Below are positions 39,909 through 51,900 of a DNA stretch of 64,000 nt, in pieces. The DNA comes from Tubulanus polymorphus (Eukaryota; Animalia; Nemertea). Where the stretch lies: positions 8,680,001 to 8,744,000 of the forward strand of contig NC_134025.1 in the NCBI RefSeq assembly GCF_964204645.1. The letters run 5' to 3'. The notes under the pieces were generated by a model. The model saw only the letters and a list, made by a program, of their open reading frames with translations. It was not told the DNA's origin and searched no databases. Every line of letters begins with the position of its first letter. The first letter of the stretch is position 1. The position numbers and the translations under genes were made by a program.

Positions 39909-42900
39909 TCAAGGCGTTGCGAATTGGTGTTCCAGTAACTGTTGGGTACGTGAAGTTTTATTCTTTTCAACTGGCGTATTTTCTCCCGCTTCTTGAGCAA
40001 ATAGCTTCATTTTCTCTCTGAACGTAAGCTTCTCACCTGGAGCTCTCGAGTCATCGTGCTGTGAACTTCGTTTCGTGGCTTCGATACGTGAACGAGGATC
40101 ACGGTATACTTCTTGTCCACCGACAACACCTGGAGTATTCGTAACCATGTAATGCGGCTGAGATTTTTGGGGTGGTGTCGAATCAGGATCGTAATCAAAG
40201 ATCGAACCTGGTGTTGATGGAGATGTGGGCGTGTGTGGTTGGAATCCCGATGAGGAAGACGAATTTGTGCGGTATGATTTTGGAGCAGTATTCGGCTCAT
40301 AAGGCTGGAATCCTTGCATAGACAATGAAGCCGGAATACCGCTGTTTGTAGAGTTATTGTTATTTTTGTAAACTTCAGTTGTCAGGTTTGTATCGAATGA
40401 AACGCTCTTTTTCGGAGGAACGGCAGGTGGAATACGAGATGTACGATTGGTGTTCTGGCTAGGAGGTTGTTGACGATGCTGATTCATTAATGCGTATGAA
40501 GAATTACGCTGCGGAGGAGGAGGACCGTCACTCCTTTCATTGTGAACTTTGCGTGGGCCTGAAGAATTGATGTTTTGATTGTTCACTGAGATATTGAACT
40601 CTGGTCGATTTTGGTTAGAGTCCTGAGGTGAATATGGCTGCTGATAGTTAGCGTATGAGGATGTCAATGGTTTTGTATATTGGAGATGTTCCATTTGTTC
40701 TTGACGTCTGCGTTCATCCTCTTGACGTCTCCTCTGTTCCTCTTCTCTCATAGTACGTTCTTCTGCCTCCCGAACCTCCTGCATCTCACGCAATTGTTCC
40801 TTTTCCTGGAAGAAAAAATGATTTTTAACAATCCAATAGGTCAGAAAATTAAACCATTTCTCAGTCATAAATTCTTACCATTTCTTTCTTTCGACGAATT
40901 TCTTCCAAACGTTTCTGTTTTAGTTTCTCTTCCTCTTGAAGAACAATGCGTTTATTTTCTTCTTGTTCCATTCGCTGTTTCTCTCGAATTTCCTAAAAAA
41001 TTTTGGAAGTGTGAGAATGAAATAAGTGTATTGCACATTCCTTTAAAAAACTTTCAGATTGCAACATACATTTTGGTTGAAACGATTAGAAATTAAATTT
41101 ACTTTTAATCAAATTTTCTAAATCAAAACAAATTCAAGCAAAATCTTATTTAGTTCCTAAATCAAGCAAAAACAGTTAACAAGCGCATTTTCATTGAAGC
41201 AAATATCTTTGTAGTACAGGCGAAGTTTGTCTCATCAGGGGACTAGCATTTCTGATTATCAACATCAAAAATGAATGAGAAAAGATTCAAATATATATTG
41301 GTTAGAATATGTCACATTTGCTAGGTTCATGGACATCATTATATATCATCAGTCATACATAAGGAAAAAGATGCTGAATTATTGTTAATAAGTGCAATAG
41401 AAGTAAAGACTGGATAAGGTTAGTAATTTCGAATAAAGCTTGTAGTTAATAGGAAGGCCTAACATATAGCTTTGGCACCCTGTACTACTGACACAGGCTT
41501 GACAAGAAACACTACAAGCACAAAGCAGCAAATCAAAACAATAAAAGTGCTAAGTTATTATGAAGTAAAAAGGACACAACACATAAACTGATTCAAAGCG
41601 AGGTACAGTATTAGTAATCAGTGTTAGAAGTATCTACATGATCAGTCAGAATGCTTAATATTACTCATGAATGATTTATTGGTACAAGATGCAAATTAAT
41701 GATTGCTTAGCTTCAATTACATCTAATAGATTTCTTACACGAATCTGCACCAAAAGTAAATCAAATTATTCTCATTAAAAGCATAATTTCAAGTTAGCAC
41801 ATTTGGATTGTTAGGTGTTTGTATGTATGAGGTATTGCAGATTTTTGTTGGATTACTCAATACAAACTGCCAATAGTGTTAATAATGAATCATCTAATTT
41901 GATTCTGTTTCTGTTTGAAGAACAATCATTCTGCTGATTCGTGTGTTTATACTAACGCTAACCTCATGGAACGACATGCGAGGTGCATCAAGTTGTCCCC
42001 CTACCCTCTGTTTACGAAGCAATGCTTCGTGTTCTCGCTCTTGACGCTCATGTTTTCGCTGGAGACGCTGACGTTGCTCTTCGCGTTCCTGGTCGTACAT
42101 TTGCAACATACGTTCGTGCCTGAAAACAACACCAAAATTAGATTTCAAGTTGGCTTTAAATAAATTTTAAAAATAATAAAATAAAGATCAATTCTTGTAT
42201 GCCAATTGGAATATTAAAGTTTTACCTTTCTTGCGATTCCTTCTCAATTTCGATATCTCGGATCTTCTCTTTTTCTTCCTGTTGTTTTCGCATTATCTGT
42301 GACTTTTCCAGTTCCTCGATAATCATTCCCGTGAACTTCTGCCGAGTCTGCACAACAAAATGCACATGAAAAATCAGAGATTCATATAAACTACAACTAA
42401 CAAATTCAATTGAAGGATATCTTACCTTAGCTTTATCAAGAATATCATGATCATTATCGTCTTCATCATCATCTTTCTCCTCAGCTTCTTTGACTCGTCG
42501 TTGAAATTCTTGTTCAATTCGTAAATGCTGCAAACGTGACAATTCCTCATTTGTCAAATGTCCTTTTGCTTGTAGCTCAGCAATTTCACGTTCTCTGATT
42601 AACCATGAGTCTCTCTCCCGTTGTTTGGCTTCTCGTTCCTTCTCCTCTTTCTCCCATGGTGATGGCGAAGCAGGAGCCTCTGGTAAAACAATCCGCAGTT
42701 TCGCTTGTGATTCGTGGGTATTGATTGTTTTAAATCTATCAGCTGAATTATTTGAGCTATATGGTGGATAAGTTGGGCTCAATTTGTCAAAGTTAGATTG
42801 TGGAGCCATTGATGGTGGTTGGTACCGCTGATTTTCAGGCAAACGCTTTCCATACGGATCATCGATATCATGCTCGTATTGGTACGCAGTTGGAGGAGGT

Positions 42901-45900
42901 GGTGGGGGTGGTAGATCAGGAACTTCTTGATTGATGTGCTCATTGTTATCAGGGGGAGGTGGTGGTAAGTGATCAGAGGGAGGCGGTGGGAGATCTGGTG
43001 CCTCATTCGTTTTTTCAGGAAATGTCTTAAATATTACACGAGGCTCGTAATTATATGCCGATGGTGACCTCGGTATCTGATTATCTTGATTATACAATGA
43101 AGATCTGTTCTCACTTGGAGGGCGTTTGCTACCAGAAGACAATCTATATTCTGGCTCTCGTCGTTGTTCTACATTTCCATTCATTCTCAATTGTGGCTGA
43201 CCATAACTAAACGGCTGCTTATCACCTTCATAGAAGTGAGGTTGGGTTCGTGTGTGGTCAATACTTAACTTCGGTATCTCATGTTGAGTAATCTTAGGCA
43301 TATCTGGCTTTTGTGCAACTTTTGGTTTTGGAGGTGTAGTCAGTGCTCTTTCCTTATTCTTTAGTTGGAAGAAAGGCGGTGTCATTTCTCTGGATAAAGG
43401 TTGCGTATTCTGATAGAACGAAGGTTGTGTGAATTCATTTTTTTTGCGAGGTACATCGAATTCATCTTCGATTCGACGCATTGAGTCCTGACGAGCAGTT
43501 TGCCCTTGGGGTTCATGACGATAACCAGTGGCCGGGTCAGGTTGGTTCTCTTGCGACGGAGGTGGTGGATAATAATTTGGACTGCGTTGGTCATAGGTCG
43601 GACTTTGAGGTATTTCAGGTCTGTTATTATAGCTTTGACCAGCTGGCTCTTGGCGTAACGCATTCTGTGATTGATTCATATAATTGGGATTAATCTGCTG
43701 TTGCTGGTAATAACTATCAGGTCGACCTCCTTGATTGGCAAAGTCAGATCTGATGCTCTGATTAGACACATCGTGTGGTGGCTGGTCATTGTACTTTTGG
43801 TGCCATTCTTGCATTTTTGGATTCTCTAGTTCATCTGATTTTGGACGATATTGGTTCACATCAGTACTATTGTCTTGGTAGCGGGAACGTGGTCTATCAT
43901 GTTCTGAATTGACTGGTGGTCTGCTGTTGCCATACGGGTCATTATTACGCATATTTACGTCACATCCATAGTATGGTGCGTTTTTATCAATGCCGGCATT
44001 TGCAAGGTTTGGATTCGATTTCGAAAATTGGTTATCTGGTCTTCTTGTGTATTCATTCTGTAGTTGTTGTTGTTGTTGATGTTGGTGGTATTCACGAGGT
44101 AATGTACTAGACGACTGATTTCGTTTACGAGATTCCTCATGTTCGACATCGCTATCGAGATTTGATGTAGATTTTGATCGATTTGAAGCATCTCTAGATG
44201 ACTGTGATCCATAGGCTGGCCTAATAATAGGTTGCGGTGGTCGAATATAAGGATCTCGTGGTTCATCATCTGCAAGAGAAGAAAATGACTTTAATATATA
44301 TCCAATGACTCAAGTACCTATTATGCTTAACTGCATTCTTTACTTTATACACTTTCATTATCTAATCACTGATACTGAATTAAATACTAACGCATAAATT
44401 ACCAAATTAAATAACTGAATGAAAAAATTTAATTACTATGAAGAGAATCATGCTACACATTTGGAAACACATGTACAAGAAATAACATAATATACAGTAA
44501 AATTTATATACCCGTCTTTTATATGAACAAAACCTCATGTTTTAGAGATTTTCTTCATAGCCACTGCTACTTATGTTCACTGATAGATCTGGTGAACTCC
44601 GGCTTTTTTCGTCCAACTTTTCAGCCATTGAAATACGCTTTTTCACCGATCCAGACGCACAATGCTGACCTACACTGAACCGACTTTCACATTTTTTGGC
44701 CACAGTGTCTTTCGGTTCCTCGAGGTCGCTGATTAGATCTTTTAATGACCGAGCTTTACGAACACTACTGCTACCACCGAATAATTCCTTACGCGCTTCA
44801 CTGAGTTTTTCAGAAGAACCCTTATACCCACCGCTACTACTTAGCCGTTGTAGCCGACTACGCGAACTGTCATTATTACTACTAGCACCACCAAAATTAA
44901 GTTTTAAATCTTTCATAGATTTTGACTTAGTTTTTAACAGAGCCATATTACTAATACTTGGAACACCTGTAATGTCTTTCTTAGAAGGTAAAACGTCACT
45001 GGACAGGTCAATGTCCATTAAAACACGATGTCGCCATGAATTACCACTTTCCGACGCTCGGCGATTAGCATCGTTTTTATTATTGTTAGTAGTTTTCGAT
45101 AATATTCTCGCGGATGTTTCTGAGTATTTTCGAACGGGTAATCGTGAATATTCATTTTGAACGATCGGTTCATTTGTAACACGAGCGACGGGGCGAGCTT
45201 TATTTACAATCACAGCATCAACGCTATCTGATGAACTTATTTCCCTTTTAGTGTCTTTATCTCGAGAACGCCTCCGCCGGCGTTTTGAAGCTGTTTCAGT
45301 TGGTGTTATTGATACCGGAATTGACGATATACTGTGCCGCACTATAACAGGACGTTGAACATTGCTAAGATTTATTGTTGCACTAGACCGAAAAACACTA
45401 TCGGATAAATCATCAAATGCACTTGAAATTTCAACTTTTGGTTCATCATTTTTTGGTATTGGATCAAAGTCAGTGTCAATCAAATCAAATGCTTTTTCAG
45501 CTGTTGATTTTTCAAAATCGACAGCTCCTAACTCAGCAAAGAGTTTCACCTCCTCAGGCTCTGGTGTTGGTTCCCGTTTTAACACAGGAGCAGGCTCAAT
45601 ATCCAGTTTTTTTGATGACAAGTTCTTCATTGATTGTGAATGGAATCTAGAAAGTGAATTTAGTTCAGCACCGACTACAGGCTTTATTTGTTTCTGTTGA
45701 TCAGCAACCGGAATCAGAGTAGCTTCAATCTGCTTTAATTTTGATTCTGATAGCAACGGTTCAGTTTTCATCGCTTGAACTTCAAATTTTTGACTTAAAC
45801 TTTTCAATGTTCTTGATCTAATATTACTCATGGCTTGTCTGTCAAGTTTATCATCTTCGATCTTCCGTTTATCTTCTTCACTTTTTGGCACTCGACTTTC

Positions 45901-48900
45901 AAGTATTTTTGTTAAGTCTTTTAATGAACCAGATTTAATTCTACTCAATGTAGCTTCAGCTTGTTTATTTTTTTTTGCTTCAACTTTTTGATATCGCTGT
46001 TCCATCATCTGTGTCAAATCTTTAAACGATTTTTCCTTTGGTTTTGCCTTAGCTTCATCAGCTCCTGTTTTCACCATCCACTTTTCAACTACCCTAGTTA
46101 TGTCAGAAATATCACCCGATTTCACAAGAACCTCCTCATCTTCATCAGACCCAACTTGTTTCAGTTCATCAGCTTTTGGAATATCATTCAGATCAACATT
46201 TTCCATGTTTTTCCATGATCTTGATAAATGACGTGTAAAATAACTGGTTTTTCTTCGAGGATAAGCAGATTTTAGCTCGGATGGTTGAGATTCAGTTGAC
46301 TTAGATATATCTTTACTCTCAGTAGCAAATTGTTCACTTTCACTTTTTGGCATTCCTTTATCCGAGGCCTCTTGCAAGACACCAGTTATTTTGGTTTCAG
46401 TGACAAGGTTATCTATATCAAGTGTCTGCTGAGACATTTTCATGGCCTTTTCTTCTGTAGTTGGAGAAGCTACTTTAACAGCATCATTTGTTGTATCAAG
46501 AACACTTAATTGCTCAGAGGAATCTTTTGCATTTGATTCTTTAGAGCAGGATATAGAGGAATTTACTTCAACATGAGTAGTTTCATCTATTGGAACACTT
46601 GAAGACACATCATGCTTTATTTCACATTCAATTTGAGGTTCTTCCGATACAGTAATAACAGACTTGTCTTCGAAGTCTGTATTGCGATGAACCAAGGACG
46701 TCATATCATTAGAACTTAAAGATTTTGAATTTTCTACAGAATGTACCATATCACTTGTTTCAGGGCCATTATCCTTTTTAGAACCACGAAAGCTGAAAAA
46801 CGATGGCTTGCTTTCTTGATTCGATTTGGTGTTTGAAGATTCTTTTTCATCTTGAGGTTGAGCATCTTTGATGTTAAAAAATCCTTTCACACTTTTAATT
46901 ACTTTAGACATAGCACCATCTTCATTGCTTTGAGCATTAGGTTGGGTGGAATCATTGGTGATTGATTGACTAACAATGCAATCAGGTACATTTGATTCAT
47001 CAACTTGTTCCCTTAGTTCAATTGAAGATATTTCATCAATCGTGCTCTCAACTTTTGATCCATCAACTTGTTCACTTAGTTCAATTGAAGATATTTCATC
47101 AATCCTGCTCTCTACTTTTGATCCATGAACTTGTTCTCTTAGGTCAATTGAAGATATTACAACAATCTTGCTTTCTACTTGTGATCCATCAACTTGTTCT
47201 CTTAGGTCAATTGAAGATGTTTTATTTATCTTGCTTTCCACTTCGTCATCTTTTTGTTCAACTTCTCCTCTTAGGTCAATGGAAGATGTTTCATTTATCT
47301 TGCTTTCCACTTTGTCATCCTTTTGTTCAGAAACATTTGTGATTATACCAGTATCCTCCGAAAATTTAGTTTCAACAGGCGTTGCAGGCAGTTTTCTGCC
47401 ACTGGACCTTCGTCTGATCCTTGATTTATCCTCACTCTGCTCCAAATGTTCAGGTTTTTTGTAACTATTTTCATCTTGACTACTCAAATTTCCTTGAGGT
47501 AGTGTATTACGCTTTATTTCATTATCATTCGATATTTCTAGATTTTCATCTTCATTGGCAGAATTTCTATGTGGGCGTCTTCTGCGAATAGGCTCACTAC
47601 TTTTCTCAGCCACAGGTGGTGTATTATAATCAGAATGTTTTAAATCTTCTTCTCTACCAGTAGATTTTCTTTGAGGGCGACGTCTTTGAGGCTTTCCCAC
47701 ATTGTCATTCGATATTGTTTCCATTGGAACAGAACCTTCCAAATTGACATTTTTTACCATATTCAATACCCCAATTTCAGACTCCTGTTGTGAGGATGAA
47801 TCAACAAGGGTGTCATTTACAAATGACGGTGCACTTGGCTGAATCTTTTCATCGCTTTTACTTGCTCGTGTACGCCATCTTCGTGGCAGTGTACCGGCTT
47901 TCAATGTATCATTCATTGGATCCACTTTTTTGCCAAGCCCTTCATTTTTTGCGAATGAAATACGTCCTTGCGGCAATGTACTGTCTCTAGTTTGAACTGC
48001 TTCCTGTTTAGACGATAGAATACGTGTTCGTTGTAGATTTTCCTTAGACTTATATTCATCCATTGATACCAAGTTTTCTGAATCGGAACGAAATCTTGAT
48101 TTGGCAGGAATTGATTTTTTTGGCGGCGAATCAACATCAGCTTTTTGCTCAAGTGACTTCAAACGATCCTTTAAAGATAATCCAACAGAAAAACTAGATT
48201 TGCCTGATGCAATAGATTGAGCACTTTTTGCACTCTCTTCTTCGAAATGATGAACTGAATGTCGGAGAGACCTTCTTTTTGATACATGATCCTGTGATTT
48301 GGGCTGCTGGTCACTTTCAGCTTTATCAGTTGTATAAAGCGATCTCAAACGCATTTTTAGAGATGGTATATCAGTCTGTATTTTTTGTTCTTTGGCTTTG
48401 ACATCTGTTACAGCACTTTTAGCAGCTTCATCTTCAAAAAGATGGATTGATTTACGTAAAGAACCTCTGGACACTACATCAGTTTTTTCAGGTGAAGTCT
48501 TTTTCACTCTCAGAGTTACAATTTCTTTTTCACTGTCAGCAGCATCTAAAGATTCAAACTTTTTGGCAAAATTTTTAAGTGAGCCGGGAGGTTTACGTCT
48601 TTTGTCTTTCTTTTCTGGCGGAGGTAATTTCCTATTTTCAAAGGCTTTTGCTTTGTCTTGAAACGACTTTGATGCACTAATCAAATCAATAGGCTCATCA
48701 TCATTTGCAATTATGTTATAAATAGCTTCAGAGTATTCAGGTGAATGATTTATTGTACTCAATCTTGCAGACGATTTCTCTATTTGAGTTTCAGGACAAC
48801 CAGAACTGATCTTGCTTGGAATCAAATTATCACTTTCACTTTTGGCAGCTGGAACATTGATGGGTTTTTCAACTTCAGATTTTCGCCTCACTCTTTTTAC

Positions 48901-51900
48901 ATCATCAATATCATTGTCCATTTGTTCCTGAAATTTATCAGCAAGACCTTGCAGTCCTTTTAATTTTGGCTGAGATTGCTTGTCATCAGTAGCTATATCA
49001 TGTCTTCTTGGAGGAGCCACAAAAACCTCCCCATCAGAGGTATCAGGAGCTGATTTCATCTTACCAAGAGATATCTTCCTTACAGGAACAGAAACTTTGG
49101 CTTGTTCCTCCAATCCATTTTCCTTGTGAGCTGTTTCAACATTTGTTTCACCAACTTTTGTAGTGATATCTACATTCAGTTCAATATGTTCATGAGATTT
49201 AGGAGATTCCTCAGTGACTCTTTCTTTATCTTTTCTTATAGGTGACTCTATAATTCCTCCAAGAATCTCTTTACTTAAACATTCTAGTGGCTGACTTACC
49301 AATTTGCTATCAGTAATTTCAGGTTCAGTTTTTTTCACTTGTGCAAAGTCTGAAATGAAATTTTCAGGTTTCATTTGCACTTCCTGTTCGTCGATAACAT
49401 ATGAAGAGTTCTTTTCAGAAGTTGCATCTTCACTGTTGTCAGTTTCCACCTTATCTTCTATGAATTTGCCATCATCATAACCAGAATACATATCAAAACC
49501 ATCTTGTTTTTGGATGCCAAAATTCCTTCGGTCGAGACTTGTAGTTTTCCAAGAATTGTCACCAACTGAACTCGTAAATGCATGTCTCTGTGAGTTCATT
49601 TGTCTACGGTCTAAGCTCCCATAGCTTGAAAGTGATTTTACTTTATCACGAGGTGAATAACTACCAACTGTAGCTCGTTTGTCATTTTCTTCGAATTTCT
49701 GAGTTATGTTTTTCAAAGAGCCAGATGGAACTACTTCCAAATTGCTAAGTCTAGAGGAGCTTAAAGATGAACTTTCCCGGGATTTTACTTTATGATCTCT
49801 CTCTTCACATGCTTGTTTGATATTTCTCAAAGATGTGCTAGCAGATCTTTCAGCACTACTAAGTCTTGGAGAACTTGATTCATAGTCACCAGCTCTCTTA
49901 TCTCGTTCTTCATATAATTTAGTTATATCCTTTAGAGACCGAGATTTCATCTTATTCAGACTCCTATTATCTGCATTGTTAGAACCATGACTTCTACCTG
50001 GCTTTTGCCTGAGCACAACTTCTCCTTCAGCCGCTTTCTTATCATTGGCTTCAAACGAATTTGTTAAGTCTTTCAATGATTTAGATTTCCACAAACTACC
50101 GATTTCGGAATGGGTACTGATTGATTTCTTTGGTTTGATATCTGCAGGCACCTTGTCCCTATCAACTAATGTCTTCGGGTGTTTGCTGGCTTTTTCAACC
50201 TCTTCAAAACTCTGAGTCAAGTCTTTTAATGAGCGAGATTTGCTCATACCAAGTGATGATAGAATACTGGCCATTTTTTTAGGCTTTGTTTTATCTGCTT
50301 CAGCTTCAGTAGTTGAATGAGGAGCTGTGTTTTCAAAAACATCTCTTAGTGATTTAGTTCGTCTCATTGCTCCAAGTTCTTTTTCTACATAATTCCTTTC
50401 AGCAGAAATAGAATGTCTGCCTTCTGAACCTTTCAAAGATTTGACAGGTGTCATTGGACTTGTCAGTCTATGGGCCTTTTCATTGATATCAATAGGAACT
50501 GTGCTGAGTGAAAGTGGTCGAGAATTAGATGCTGAAGGTATATCTGACGACACATTTCCTGTGCTTTTCAATCTACGATCTCGAAGAACTGGTTTTGTTG
50601 CTACTGGAGGTGGACATTTTTCTGAACTGGTGGTGTTTTGCTTCAAAATGGGTTTCACTGGCATGGTTGGCTCATTCACGCGACTTTCAGCTTTTTGAAT
50701 CATATCAGATATAGATTTGCCTCTGGTTCTCAAGGCTCTTATGTCTCTTACTCCTTCACTCACTTTGCGAACACGCTCAACAGCCAGGGCAGGGTCTGCT
50801 TTGCCTTTGTCCCAAGACTCTAGATTAGTGATGAAGGAGCCGCGACGGTACTTTAACCCTAATTTGTCAACTCGGTACTCCATGTTATCATCGATATCAT
50901 CATCACGATCACCATCATCAGGTTGACTTCCAGAAAAGGCATCGTCGATTAACTGTTCTTCAGACACAACTGAAGCACTATCTGAGCCATAGACATCACT
51001 TCTGTCCGAACTTTGACCACTTAATTTTCTATTTGTACTGAAACCGCTGTCAGAATGATTTTCATTACGATCTGTTTCTTTTTCAGTAACAATACTGTAT
51101 TCCTGTCGTGGGCTTCTTGGATTGAATGAACTATATTTTTTTGAATTATCAGCTGGGCCCTTGTCAGTGATTTCATATTTTGTATTCTCAATATCCCCAA
51201 CATGAACTGGCACATTCGTGACCTTCAAAGGCATCATTTTAGGTGGTGAAGAAAGTTGCCGATCGATTTCATCTTTTAATCTTTGTTCTTCCTCAGTCAA
51301 CTCTTCATCACTGAAGATATCGCTTAAGTTATTTGCAGCAAGGTGATCACTGTTGCCTTTTACCTCTTGATTTGGCCTCTGATGTTCTTCATTGAGAATG
51401 TCAATTTGTATAATATTTTCTTTAACTAAAGCATCATTGTTGGATTCTTGATTGCTATCAGGTGATGGCATTTCCTTGTCGGAACTCCTATTTCTGTCGG
51501 TTATGGTGGAGATTTCCTTATCTTCATCCGTCAATTGAGCCTCATCTAAGTAGATTACCTCCTCCGATTCAGAATTTGGTTCATGGCAGCATGGTAATAA
51601 TGTGGAATTTTCAATGGGATCAGCTGTTCCATCAAACGAAGGCACTAGTTCATTGATGGAATATTCTTTCATCATTCTAGTTTCAGCAGTAATGACAGGT
51701 ATTCTTTGTAAGTCAATATCACAGTCAGTTTTGTCAAAGCATTTGACTTCAGCAGTAGAGTGAGTGTCTTTCTCAGACAATTCACTCATATCACAGACTG
51801 GTAAGCAAGGAACAGACTGCCCCAAAACATCAATTTTACTTTCATCATAAACAGCTTCATAATCTAAGTCTTTCCCTTTCACAAGATCATTTCTAAGGTC

